From NCBI GenBank assembly GCA_030390025.1, contig CM059431.1, positions 159,032,001 through 159,096,000 on the forward strand: DNA of 64,000 bases, written 5' to 3'. Positions 1-12,788 of the stretch are shown piece after piece; the first letter of the stretch is position 1, and each line of letters starts with the position of its first letter. The translations under genes were made by a program, and so were the position numbers. The notes below the pieces were generated by a model. The model made no database searches and was not told where the DNA came from. It saw only the letters and a program-made list of their open reading frames with translations. The stretch comes from Squalus acanthias. Taxonomy: Eukaryota.

Positions 1-785
1 TGCGGACTGAGAGTTCCGCATTTTGGAGACCCTTACACCCGCAGAAAAGCCTTACAATTCTTGCGAATGGTAAAAAGATGGAAAAAGTTTTTTTTTTAAT
101 TTCCACTGATTTATCGTTTAACAATACTTTAAAAAAGGTAAGTTTATTTTAAGCCCCGTAAAAAAATTTAATTATTTTTTTGAAAAATGTAAATTTTGTT
201 TAAAATAGTTAATTTATTTTACTTTCAAGTCATTTGAAAAATGAGATTTTTTTAAAAATGTATTTAAAGTTTTACTATATTACCCTCTATGTTGCGTATG
301 GTGCCGGTCTTTGAGCTGGTGCCTCTGACAGTTGTAACCATTGACGCAGTGCATTGTTCCACGCTATCCTCCTCCGTGCTGTTCTCCTCCTCTGGAGGAG
401 GAGGAGGTTGCTTCTCTTCTCCAACCTGCTCCACGGGGCGAGGTGGATCTGGCTCGTGGGCGCCTGCACTGATAAAGTTGGAAGGGTTAGGGTGGAGCAC
501 GTGTGGATGCTATTGGAGGATGCGTGTGATGAGATCATATGAAGCTTGGGAGTGAGGATCGCTTAGGAAGATTCGCGATCAGGAATAGATGTTCATCTGC
601 AAGGAAATTGTAATGGTCACATACCTCGAGGCGAGATGTCCTCGGCTCTGCATTTGGACACTGTGTCTGCCACTTCCCTCCCGATCACCGCCAGCACGGC
701 CTCCTCGAGGGGAGTGTCTTCATTAAATCGTGCTTCCGCTCCCCTGTAAAGTCCGGCTGTCGCCTGTTTCGTACGATTTATACGT
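1..785 (-). mobile_element. Degraded PIF/Harbinger-like DNA transposon remnant (AT-rich subterminal part plus Myb/SANT-like accessory protein exon remnants)
   Basis: 110-270 resembles the AT-rich core of the MITE at 48180-48370. Minus strand ~775-625 translates RNRRQPDFTGGAEARFNEDTPLEEAVLAVIGREV, like the 'N...TGG...TP.EE.VL.IIG' tail of Harbinger Myb/SANT proteins, and ends at a GTATGT donor (624-619). Confidence 0.45.
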
Positions 786-787
786 AA

Positions 788-1475
788 TAGTCAGAGTCAT
801 ACTGGTACAGAAGGAGGCCATTCGGCCCATGGAGTCCGTGCCAGCTCTCTGTAGTGCTCTCCATTCCGGCCCATTCCCCCACTCTCTCCCCGTATCCCTG
901 CAAGTTTATTTCCCGAAGTGCCTATCCAGCCTCCCCTTGAAAACATTGAGTTTCTCCACTTCCACCACTTCCATCGGCAGCGAGTTCCAGGTCCTCACCA
1001 CTCACTGTGTAAGACTGTTTTTCCTCACATTCCCCCTGTATCTCTTGCCCAAAACCTTAAATCTGTGCCCCCTAGTCCTTGTACAAACAGCAAGTGGGAA
1101 CAGACTTTCCCGTCTAGCCTATCCAAACCCGTCATAAGTTTGTACACCTCAATAAAATCACCCCGCAACCTCATTTGCTCTAATGAAAACAAATCCAGCT
1201 TCTCCAACCTGTCCTTGTAACAAAGATACCCCATCCCCGGAACTATTCTGTAAATCTCCACTGCACCCTCTCAAGTGCCTTCACATCCTTCCTAAAGTGC
1301 GGTGACCAGAACTGGACACAATGCTCCAGTTGTGGCCTAACCAGCGCTTTATAAAGGTTCAGCATAACTTCTCTACTTTTGTACTCAATACCTCTATTTA
1401 TGAAGCCCGAGATCCCATATGCTTTGTTAACAATTCTCTCAATATGTCCTGCCACCTTCAGGGACCTACGCACTT
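788..1475 (-). mobile_element. CR1 LINE 3' fragment (RT C-terminus and 3'UTR)
   Basis: Minus-strand ORFs LYKALVRPQLEHCVQFWSP and RLRGDFIEVYK; CR1-type 3' end near 790-840. Confidence 0.9.
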
Positions 1476-4400
1476 TTGGAGGGGGAGGGCGAACAGCCAG
1501 CTGTCGTGGTGCACATAGGTACCAACGATATAGGTACAAAAGGGGATGAGTTCCTAAAAGCAGAATATAGGGAGTTAGGAGGAAAATCAAAAGTAGGACC
1601 TCAAAGGCAGCAATCTCAGGATTGCTACCAGTGCCACGTGCTGGTCAGAGCAGAAATAGGAGGATATTTCAAATGAATAAGTGGCTAGAGGAATGTTGCA
1701 AGGGGGAGGGATTCAAATTCCTGGGACATTGGAACCGAGCCTGGGGGAGGTGGGCCCAGTACAAACCGAACGGTCTGCACCTGGGCAGGGCCGGGACCGC
1801 TATCCCAGGGGGAGTGTTTGCTAGTGCTGTTGGGGAGGGTTTAAACTAAAGTGGCAGGGGGTTGGGCACCTGAGCAGGGAGACAGAGGAAAGCGTGTCAG
1901 GAAGGGACAGAACGTATGGAGTAAAAGGTAAAGTGTTAAAAAAGGAAAAAGCAGGAACTAAGTGCCACAAAAGGTATTTGAAAGTTCTTCATCTGAATGC
2001 ACGTCGCATTCGTAACAAAATGGATGAGTTAACGGCAAAAATAACGACATATGGGTATGATCTTGTGGCCATTACAGAAACATGGCTGCAGGGTGACAAA
2101 GACTGGGAATTAAATATGCCAGGGTATTTAACAATCAGGTAGGACAGGCAGGAAGAAAGGGGAGGTGGGGTGGCTTTGTTAATAAAGGAAGGAATCACTG
2201 TAATTCAGAGAAATGATATTGGGTCAAAGGATCAGGATAATGAAAAAGTTTGGGTGGAGTTAAGGAATAATAAGGGGAAAAAACAATAGTGGGAGTAGTA
2301 TATAGGCCTCCTAATAGTTGCAACTCTGCTGGAAGAAGTATTAATCAGGAAATAGTTGGGGCATGTAATAAGGGAACAGCTATAATTATGGGGGATTTTA
2401 CCTATCATATTAACTGGACAAATCAAATTGGGCAGGGCGGCCTTGAGGAAGAGTTTATTGAGAGTATTAGGGATGGATTTCTTGAGCAGTATGTAACTGA
2501 TCCTACAAGTGGGCAAGCAACCTTGGACCTGGTCCTGTGTAATGAGTCAGGATTAATGAATAATGTCCTAGTTAAGGATCCCCTTTGAATGAGTGACCAT
2601 AAAATGTTTGAATTCCATATCCAATTAGAGGGTGAGATGGTTGGTTCTCAAACAAGCGTACTGAGCTTGAATAAAGGAGACTATGATGTTATGAGAGCGG
2701 AATTGATGAAAGTGGACTGGGAAAATAGATTAAAGGGTAAGATGGTACATGAGCAGTGGTGTTCATTTAAGGAGTTATTTTACAACATTCAAAAAAATTA
2801 TATTCCGATGAGGAAAAAAGGGTGTAAAAGAAATGACAGCCAACCGTGGCGAAGTAATTAAATTAAGGATAGTATCCGACTAAAAACAAGGACGTATAAG
2901 GTAGCCAAACTTAGTGGGAGGATAGAAGATTGGGAAGTCTTCAAAAGAAAGCAAAAAGTAACTAAAGGATTGATTAAGAAAGGGAAGATAGATTATGAAA
3001 ATAAATTAGCAAAAAATATAAAAACAGATAGCAAGACTTTCTATAGTTATATAAAAAGAAAAAGGGTGGTTAAGGCAAACCTAGGTCCCTTAGAGGATGA
3101 GGCCGGGAAATTAATGTTGGGACACATGGAGATGGCAAAAATGCTGAACAAATATTGTGTTTCAATCTTTATGTTAGAGGACACTAAGAATATCCCAACA
3201 CTGGACAAACAGGGGGCTCTACGGGGAGGGGAGGAGCTAAATACGATTAAAATCACTAAGGAATTGGTACTCATAAAATAATGGGACTCAAGGCGGATAA
3301 ATCCCCTGGACCTGATGGCTGACATCCTAGGGTCTTGAGGGAAGTGTCAGTAGGGATTGTGGATGCTTTGGTAATAATTTTCCAAAATTCCCTGGACTCA
3401 GCAAAGGTCCCGGCAGGTTGGAAAACTGCTAATGTAACACGCTTATTTAAAAAGGGTAGTAGGCAGAAGGCTGGAAATTATAGACCAGTTAGCCTAACAT
3501 CTGTGGTGGGTAAAATTTTGGAGTCTATTATTAAGGAGACATTAACGGAACATTTAGTTAAACATAATTTAATGGACAAAGTCAGCATGGCTTTATGAAG
3601 GGGAAGTCATGTCTGACAAATTTGCTTGAGTTCTTTCAGGACATAACGTACAGGGTGGATAAAGGGGAACCAGTGGACGTAGTGTATTTAGACTTCCAGA
3701 ATGCATTCGACAAGGTGCCACATAAAAGATTATTGCTGAAGATAAAAAATCACTGGATTGGGGGTATTATTCTGGCATGGGTGGAGGATTGGTTATCTAA
3801 CAGGAAGCTGAGAGTTGGGATAAATGGTTCATTCTCGGACTGGCAACCATTAGCCAGTGGTGTTCCGCAGGGGTCGGTGCTGGTCCCCAACTCTTTACAA
3901 TCTATATTGTCGATTTGGAGGAGGGGACCGAGTGTAACATATCAAATTTGCAGATGATACAAAGATGGGAGGGAAAGTAGAAAGTGAGGAGGACATAAAA
4001 AACATACAGGGGATAAAGACAGGCTGGGTGAGTGGGCGGAGGTTTCGCAGATGCAATAAAATATTGTAAAATGTGAGGTTATGCATTTTGGCAGGAAAAA
4101 TCAGAGTGCAAGTTATTATCTTAATGGCGAGCAACTGGAAAGTACTGCAGTACAAAGGGATCTGGGGGTCCTAGTGCAAGAAAATCAAAAAGTTTGTATG
4201 CAGGTGCAGCAGGTGATCAAGAAGGCCAACTGAATGTTGGCTTTTATTGCTAGGGGGATAGAGTATAAAACAGGGAGGTATTGCTGCAGTTTATAAGGTA
4301 TTGGTGAGTCCGCTCCTGGAATACTGCATACAGTTTTTGTGTCCATACTTAAGAAAATACATACTTGCTCTCGAGGCAGTAGAAATAAGATTCACTCGGT

Positions 4401-4982
4401 TAATCCCGGGGATGAGGGTGTGGATATATGAGGAGAGGTTGAGTAGTTTGGGACTCTACTCATTGGAGTTCAGAAGAATGAGAGGCGATCTTATTGAAAC
4501 ATATTAGATTGTGAAGGGGCTTGATCGGGTGGATGCGGTAAGGATTCTCCCAAGGATGGGTGAAACTAGAACTAGGGGGGCATAATCTTAGAATAAGGGG
4601 CTGCTCTTTCAATACTGAGATGAGGAGAAACTTCTTCACTCAGAGGGTAGTAGGCCTGTGTAAATTGCTGCCCCAGGAAGCTGTGGAAGCTACATCATTA
4701 AATAAATTTAAAACAGAAATAGACAGTTTCCTAGAAGTAAATGGAATTAGGGGTTACGGGGAGCGGGCAGGACATTGGACATGAGGCTGAGTTCGGATTG
4801 GTCAAGGCCCTGTGGCTGGCAGAGCGGGCCCAGGTGCTGAGTGGCCGGGTCCTGATCCTACTTCTTGTGTTCTTTAGGTTTGTGGTTAGGATCAGATCAG
4901 CCATTATCTTATTGAATGGCGGAGCAGGCTCGATGGGCCGATTGGCCTACTCCTGCTCTTATTTCTTATGTTCTTATGTTCT
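1476..4982 (+). mobile_element. 5'-truncated, decayed CR1 LINE (ORF1 esterase C-terminus, ORF2 APE-RT, 3' tail)
   Basis: VHIGTNDIG and GLHL (SGNH esterase), ITETW, YRPP, GDF, NYRPVSLTS, YLDF, GVPQGSVL in successive frames; tail ttcttatgttcttatg. Confidence 0.95.
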
Positions 4983-4989
4983 GAAAAGT

Positions 4990-7900
4990 TAACGGTTCGC
5001 TGAGCCTCTGAAGACCTAATATCCCAGGGTAATCTGAAACATCACAGGCTCAATAGCTCAGTGCACTCTGACCATCTACAGTCTCAATATCCCAGAGTAT
5101 TTGACACTAAATGCCCAGTTGCCCACGGTTCTCTGATCCTCTGATTTCCCCAGGGTACTCTGCCCCTCTATAGGCCCTGCAGCCCCGGGTGCTCTGATCA
5201 TCTAAAGGCCCAATAGCCCAGGGTACTTTGACACTAAAAGCCCAGTAGCCCAGGGTTCCCTGATGCTCTGATTTTCCCATGGGACTCTGCCCCTCTATAG
5301 AGCCAAACGCCTGGGTACTTTGATCCTGTAAAGGCCCAATAGCCCAGACATAATTGGGCCGCTAATGACAGAATAGCCCAGGGAAATTTGTCCTTCAATA
5401 TGGTCAATAACAAAGCGTACTTGGATCCTCTAAATTCTCAATAGCCCAGGTACTCTGACCCTATTATTGCCACAGGACGCTGACTCGTTATAGTTAAAAT
5501 ATCCCAGGAAACACTGACCATCTAAATGCCAATAGCTTAGGGCACACTGACCCTCCACAGACCAAATATCCCAGGGTACTCTGCCACTCTATAGGCCCAA
5601 CAGCCCGGGGTACTTTGATCCTCTGAAGGCTAAATAGCCCAGGGTAGTTTGGACCTCAAATAACACAATAGCCCATGGAATTTTGACCCACTAAAGGTCC
5701 AATAATCAAGCGTAATTTGATCCTCTAAATACCCAATTTCCCAGGTACTCTGGCTGTATTATTGCAAGAGGACGCGGACTCTTTATATATAAAATAGCAC
5801 AGGAAAATCTTACCATCAAAAGGCCAATAGCCCAGGGCACACAGACCATTCGCAGACCAAATCTCCCAGAGTACTCTGCTCCTCTAAATGCTGAATACTG
5901 CATAATGCTTGGACCCACCGTTGATTCAATAGTCCAGGTTACTTTGACCCTTTCCGTAGCCGAGTGTAATCTGACTCTTTACAAGGCCAACAGCTCAGGT
6001 ACGCTGACTTTCTGCAGGCTCACTAGCTGACGGATATCTCATCCACAGTTTCGTCCAGGCTATTCTGAAACTCTACAGACTCTATAGCCCAGCGTACGCT
6101 GAATACCTGCAGGACCAATAGCTCAGAGTACACTGACACTCTACAGGCTCAATAGCCAAGCTGATATAACCCTTTACTTGGCATATTGCCCAGTTACTAT
6201 GACCCTCTGTCTAGGCCAAGGTACATTGACCCGATACAGACCCAATAGCCCAGCGTGCTCTGTAGCTTTTCAGTCCCAATATACAGGCTACTCTCAGAGT
6301 TTAAAACGTCAATAGTCCAGGGTACTTTGACCCTCTACAGAATCAAAAGCGCAGGAAGTCTGTCCCTCTATAGATTTCATCATCGCTGTTGTTTTGAGCC
6401 TCTCCAGACTCAGTGGTGCAGGTACTCTAGCCATCTGCACGTTAACTAGCCAAGTTTTTTCTGACCCGTTTTATAGGTCAGTGTACTCTGGTCTTTTAGA
6501 GATTACACTGATTGAATCTCTGAATTCATCTCAGGTTCTCTGATATTCCACAGGCTCAAAGCCTATTTTTCCAGATACTCTGAACTAAACGCCCGATATC
6601 CCATCGTAATCTTATCTTCAGTATAGCCCAGGTTACTCTAATCCTCTGCGTAGCCGAGGGTACCCTGACATACTACTGGAACAATATCCCAATGTACACT
6701 GACACTCTGCAGGCCCATTCTTCCAGGGTACTTTGAGCCTCCATAGACCCAAGAGTCCACAATATCTGTCGCTCGACAGACCCAATAGCGCAAAGCATTC
6801 TGAAGTTTTGTAGGCCCGAACATGCTTGTACTTTGACTGGCTACAAATGGAAATGCGCAGGATGCTCTGACCATCTAAAGACTCAATGGCCCACTTATTC
6901 CGACCATAAACAGATTCCATCGTCTTGGGTAGTCCGACAATCTACGCTATCAACTTACCCTAGCTCTCTACAGACTCAATAGCCCAAGAACTCTGACCCA
7001 CTAAATGCCCGATAGCCCATTGTACACAAACCCTCCAAAGATTCAATAGCACAGGGGCACTCTAACCCTCTACCTAGCCCAGGTTGCACTGACACTCTGC
7101 TGGCCAATAACCTAGGGTGCTCTTAACTTCTGCATAGCTCAGCGTACTCTGACATTCTACAGGCCCTATATGTCAAAGATATCTGACCCTTTGCAAGCCC
7201 AATAGTTCAATACTCTGACTCTGAGGCTGGTCATTGTATATATTTTAGCTGGAGATAGACAGATTTTGAACGTTAAGGGAGACAACGGTTATGGGGAGCG
7301 GGCAGGGAAGTGGAGTTGAGGCCAAGATCAGATGAGCCATGATCTTATTGAATGGCGGAGCAGGCTCGAATGGTCAGCTGGCCTACTCCTACTCCTATTT
7401 CTTATGTTCTAATGTTCTTTTTACATGTTCAATTGCTGTGGGAACTCATCTCCTCCAAATGCGCATATGTCCAAGGGTCACAGACGATCTAAGCTACCAA
7501 TATCTCAGTGTTATCTTAATTTTTGTAAAGCCCTGGGTACTCTGACACGCTGTATAGTCAAGGGTACTCTGAACCTCTGATGGCCCATTGTTCCCAGGGA
7601 GGTCTGAACGTTTAAATGCCCAGTATCCCAGGGCACTCTGACCCTCTTAAGTGCGGTATTCCCAGGGTGCCGTGAGCCGCTGTAGACCCAATATCCAGAG
7701 TAATCTGACCCTCTCCAGGCCCAATAGAGCAAAGTACTCTGAACAATTGTAGGCCCAAAAGCCGCCGGTACTTTGAACGTCTGCAAGGCAAATATCCCAG
7801 GACATTCTGAACTAACATATGCTAATCATTTAGAGACTCAATAGCCCAATGTTATCCGACACTCTACACGGCCCAGTTTTCCCTAGCCCTCTACAGATTC

Positions 7901-8175
7901 AGTTGCCCAGGAAATCTGACCGTCTACAGATGCAATGGCCCAGGGTACTATTACCCGCTACAGATTGATTACGGCAGGTAGTCTGGCCTTCTACAGGCAC
8001 CATAGAGAGGTTACTCAGAACAACTGTAGGCCTATTTGCACAAGGGTACTCTCACCCTCTGCAGTCACACTATCCCAGTGTACTCTGGCCCTCTGTATAG
8101 CCCACGTTACTCCGACTCTCTGCAATCCGAATATCCCAGTGTACTCTGACCCACTACAAACAGAATAGCCCAGTG
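4990..8175. repeat. Degenerate ~34-bp minisatellite array (consensus approx. CCCAGGGTACTCTGACCCTCTACAGGCCCAATAG), interrupted by a CR1 3' end at ~7220-7420
   Basis: Recurrent cccagggtactctga / cccaatag motifs at ~34-nt spacing throughout. Confidence 0.85.
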
Positions 8176-8179
8176 CCGT

Positions 8180-8610
8180 GTCGGTGGCAAATAACTTTCT
8201 TGTTTTGAAAAGGCAACTGGTCGAGTACATGAGAGAACATGTAATAAAAATATGCTGAAAGGGTGCGTTAAGGTAGATGGAATGGGAAGAGACTCGTATG
8301 GAGTAGAAACACACGCACAGACTAGTTGTAATAGAGAAAATCAATTTCCTCTGGTGGGAGAGTCCTGAACAACGGGCAGAAACTTAAAATTTAAGCTACG
8401 TCGTTCAGGTGTGATGTCAGAAACCACTTCTTCACACAAAAGCCAATGGAAATATGCAACTCTTTACGGAAAACATTGTGTTGAGGCTAAGTCAATTGGA
8501 CATTTCTAAACTGAGTTGTTGATATTTTAGCTAGGCAATGGTATTAATGGTAACAGAACCAAGGCGGTGGATGGAGTTGTCAGATCTTAATGATTTCTGA
8601 GTTCTTGGAC
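8180..8610 (+). mobile_element. Old CR1 3'-end fragments
   Basis: Similarity to CR1 3' regions elsewhere in the window (cacttcttcacacaaa, ggtggatggagttg). Confidence 0.6.
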
Positions 8611-8627
8611 AAGACACCAATAGGCAG

Positions 8628-9152
8628 TAGCCAGAGACTGGAGCGGAGAGAGCAGCAGCAGAGTGAGTATTTAAACTCGCTTTCGTGGGCATTTTTCCAG
8701 AGGCCAGTGTCGGGAGCGGAGAGAGCAGCAGCACAGTGAGTAGTTAAACTCACTTTCGCGCGCTTTTTTACACGTGCCAGTGTCGGGAGCGGAGAGAGCA
8801 GCAGCGCAGTGAGTATTTAAACTCACTTTCGCGGGCTTTTTTACACGTGCCAGTGTCGGGAGCGGAGAGAGCAGCAGCGCAGTGAGTATTTAAACTCACT
8901 TTCGCAGGCTTTTTTACAGAGGCCAGTGACTGGAGCGGAGAGAGCAGCAGCACAGTGTGTAGTTAAACTGACTTCCGCGGGCTTTTTTACAGAGGCCAGT
9001 GACTGGAGCGGAGAGAGCAGCAGCACAGTGTGTAGTTAAACTGACTTCCGCGGGCATTTTTGCAGAGGCCATTGTCGGGAGCGGAGAGAGCAGCAGCACA
9101 GTGCGTAGTTAAACTCACTTTCGTGGGCTTTTTACAGACGCCAGTGTCGGGA
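8628..9152 (+). repeat. 73-bp tandem monomer array (~7 units) forming the 5' end of a CR1
   Basis: Units recur every 73 nt (ccag at 8631, 8704, 8777 and onward), directly upstream of a CR1 5'UTR and the ORF1 ATG at 9241. Confidence 0.95.
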
Positions 9153-9572
9153 AAGGGCCCTTGAGTATATCATTTAATTGAAGTGAAATTGGTGGGATTA
9201 ATTTTAATTTAATTTTAATTAATAAATTAAAGGGTAAGTCATGGCAGGAGATCTCCGCCCCGTGATGTGCTCCTCCTGCTATATGTGGGAAATGAGGGAC
9301 GCTTCCTGTGTCCCTGAAGACCATGTGCGTGGGAAGTGTATCCAGCTGCAGCTACTGATAGACCGCATTGCGGCGCTGGAGCTGTGGATGGATGCATATT
9401 GGAGCATTCGCGATGCTGAGAACGTCGTGGATAGCACGTTTAGCGAGTTGGTCACACCGCAGGTAAAGGGTGTACAGGCAGGAAGTGAATGGGTGAATAC
9501 CAGGCAGAGTAAGAGGTGCAGGCAGGTAGTGCAAGGGTCCCCTGTGGCAATCCCCTCTCAAACAGATATACC
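9153..9572 (+). mobile_element. CR1 5'UTR and ORF1 N-terminus (zinc finger and coiled coil), truncated
   Basis: MAGDLRPVMCSSCYMWE...GKCIQLQLL; nearly identical to the minus-strand ORF1 at 55853-56104. Confidence 0.9.
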
Positions 9573-10787
9573 ACTTATACTCAAACCCTTTCGCTATGAA
9601 GGCCAACATATCATTTGCCTTCTTCACCGCCTGCTGCACCTGCATGCTTACTTTCAGCGACTGGTGCACAAGGACACCCAGGTCTCGTTGCACTTCCGCT
9701 TCTCCCAATCTATTGCCATTCAGATAATAGTCTGCCTTTCTGTTTTTGACACCAAAGTGGATAACCTCGCATTTATCCACGTTATATTGCATCGGCCACG
9801 CTTCTGCCCACTCACCCAACCAGTCCAAATCATCCTGGAGTTTCTCGGTATCCTCCTCGCAGCACACACTGCCACCCAGCTTTGTGTCATCTGCAAACTT
9901 GGAGATCTTACATTTAGTTCCCTTATCTAGATCATTAATGTATATTGTGAATAGCTGGGGTCCCTGCGGTACCCCACTAGTCACTGCTTGCCACTCGGAA
10001 AAAGACCCATTAATTCCTACTCTCTGCTTTCTGTCCGCCAACCAGTTCTCTATTAAAGTCAATACCTTGCCCCCAATCCCATGTGCCTCAACTTTACACG
10101 CTAATCTCTTATGCGGGACCTTATCGAAAGCCTTTTGAAAGTCCAAATACACCACATCTACTGGTTCTCCCTTATCTATTTTCCCAGTTACATCCTCAAA
10201 AAATTCCAGTATATTAGTCAAGCACGAATTACCATTTGTAAATCCATGTTGACTTTGTCCGATCCTGTCACTGTTTTTCAAGTGCTCAGCTATTACATCC
10301 TTTATAATGGAGTCTAGCATTTTCCCCACTACCGATGTCAGGCTTACAGATCTGTAATTCCCCGCTTTCTCTCTACCACCCTTTTTGAATAGTGGGGTAA
10401 CATTAGCTACCCTCCAATCCATGGGTACAGTTCCAGATTCCATCGAATGTTGGAAGATGATCAGCAATGCATCTACTAGTTCTAGGGCCACTTCCTTAAG
10501 TATCCTAGGATGTTGATTATCAGGCCCTGGGGATTTATCGGCCTTCAATCCCGTCAATTTCTGTAACACCATTTCCCTGCAAATACTGATTTCTTTCAGT
10601 TCCTCCCTTTCATTAGACCGTATGTTCTCCAACATCTCTGGGAGTTTATTTGTGTCCTCCTTTGTGAAGACAGAACCAAAATATGCATTTAATTGGACTG
10701 TCATTTCTTTGTTCCCCATTATAACTTCCCCCGCTTCTGACTGCAAGGGACCTACACTTGATTTCACTAATCTTTTTCTCTTTCTTC
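9573..10787 (-). mobile_element. Internal CR1 ORF2 (RT) segment in inverted orientation
   Basis: KSPGPD, QHGF, YLDFQKAFDKVPH, GVPQG, KFADD; no 3' tail. Confidence 0.9.
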
Positions 10788-10789
10788 GA

Positions 10790-12717
10790 TACCATATTTG
10801 TTAGGAGCAGACAAAGAATTACAACGAAAAGTTCAAAAATGTGTTTAGCATGCATGTGCGTAAACGCCAAAACTGTGGTTAATAAATTTGGTGAGCAACA
10901 AGCACAAATAGCCATGTGCCAATATGATGTTGTGGCAATAACGGAAACGTGGATTAAAAACGGTGAGGACTGGGCAATTAATATTCAAAGGTAGAAAGTG
11001 TTCAGAAAAGATAGGGAAGGAAAAGAGGGAGGTGGGGTGGCAGTACTGATTAAGGAAGACATTGCAGTTTTGGAAAGGGAGGATGTTCTTGAGGGGAGAA
11101 GGACATAATCCATTTTGCTACAGTTGAAGAGCAAAAAGAGTATGATCAGCTATTTCGGGTATTGTATAGGCCTCCAAATAGTGAAATGGAGGTAGAGGAG
11201 CAAATCTGCAGGGAAATGGCAGAGATATGTAAGAGCTATAGGGTGGTGATATTGGGGGACTTTAATTACACATAAAGCGTTTGGGATAATTCTAGGTTAA
11301 AGGGAAAGGAGGGGGTGGAATTTCTGAAATGTGTTCAGGAGGATTTACTTGACCCATATGTTCTTGGCCCAACTAGGAATGAGACATTGCTGGATCTGAT
11401 GCTGGGGAATGAGGTGGGCCAGGTTGACCAATTTTTTGTGGGGGAACACTTGGGTACGAGTGATCATTGTATCATAAGATTTAGATTAGAAATGGAAAGG
11501 AGCAAGGGATAATCTAGTGTAGAACTTCTAAATTTGAATAGGGCTAACTTCAATGGGTAGCAAACGGATCTAGCCAGGGTAAAATGGAATCAAAGACTGA
11601 CAAAAAACTGTAACGGAATAATGTGTGATCTTTAAGTAGGAGATGTTCCAAGTACAGGCGTGGTACATTCCAACAAGAGGGAAGGGTAAGGGAACCAAAC
11701 CAAGGGCTCATTGGATGACGATGGAGATAGAGAAGATGATGAAAGAAAAAAGAGGGTGTATGATGCATGTCAGGGGAATTCTTCAACGGAGTACCAGACC
11801 AAATACAATATGTTGAGAGGGTATGTGAAGATGAAAATACGATTGGCAAAGAGAGAATATGAGAGTAGAATGGCGATTAAACATAAAAGGGAAACCAAAA
11901 ATCTTCTACTGGCATGTAAACAGTAAGTGGATAGTAAATGGCAGTGTGGGGCCTATTACAGACAAAGAAGGTGATATATGCTTAGAGGCGCTGGGCAAGG
12001 CAAGAATACTCAATGAGCACTTTCTATCGGTGTTTACTAAGGATTTGGATGCTGACAACATATCGGTAGAAGAGGAATAGTTACAACCAATATAAGGGTG
12101 AAAATTGATAGCGAGGATGTACTAGAAACGCTTGATATGCTTCTAGTGGATCAGTCGCCTGGTCCAGTTGGCTTGCATCCCAGGTTACTAGGAGAATTGG
12201 GGAGGAGACAGCGGATGTGCTTGCCAAAATTTTCCAATCTGCCCTAGATGCGGGGATGTGTCTGAAGATTGGAAAGTGGCAAATGTGACAGTATTGTTCA
12301 ATGAAGGGTTTAAGGACAACCGTGTAACTACAGACCGGTCAGTTTAACATCAGTCGTGTGCAAAATTATTAGAAACAATAATCAAGGAAAACATTAACGG
12401 GTACTTGGAGAGGTTTGATCTAATTAAGGAGAGGCAACACGGATTTGTAAATGATTTTTTTGATGAAGTAGCACAGAGGATTGATGAAGGAAATGCAATG
12501 GGTGTTGTCTACATTGATTTTCAATACTTTTGACAAAGTACCGCATAGAAGGTTGGTTAACAAATTTGAGGCTCATGGGATAGGTTGGGCACTGGCAGCT
12601 TGGATAAGCAATTGGCTTAAAGACAGAAAACAGCGAGTTGTGGTAAATGGCTGTCTTTTTCAGATTGGAGGATGGTAGACAGTGGTGTTCTCCAAGGGTC
12701 AGTGCTAGGGCCACTGC

Positions 12718-12788
<71 letters not shown>

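Noticed and set aside
788..4982. Twin-priming inversion at 1475/1476
   Set aside because: Both arms have their own 3' ends and belong to different subfamilies, so these are two separate elements.
8628..9152. CRISPR-like array (regular repeats with hairpins)
   Set aside because: The whole 73-bp unit repeats, there are no unique spacers or cas genes, and the context is eukaryotic.
9241..9930. 229-aa novel protein
   Set aside because: CR1 ORF1 start read through into antisense RT sequence; no sign of a real gene.
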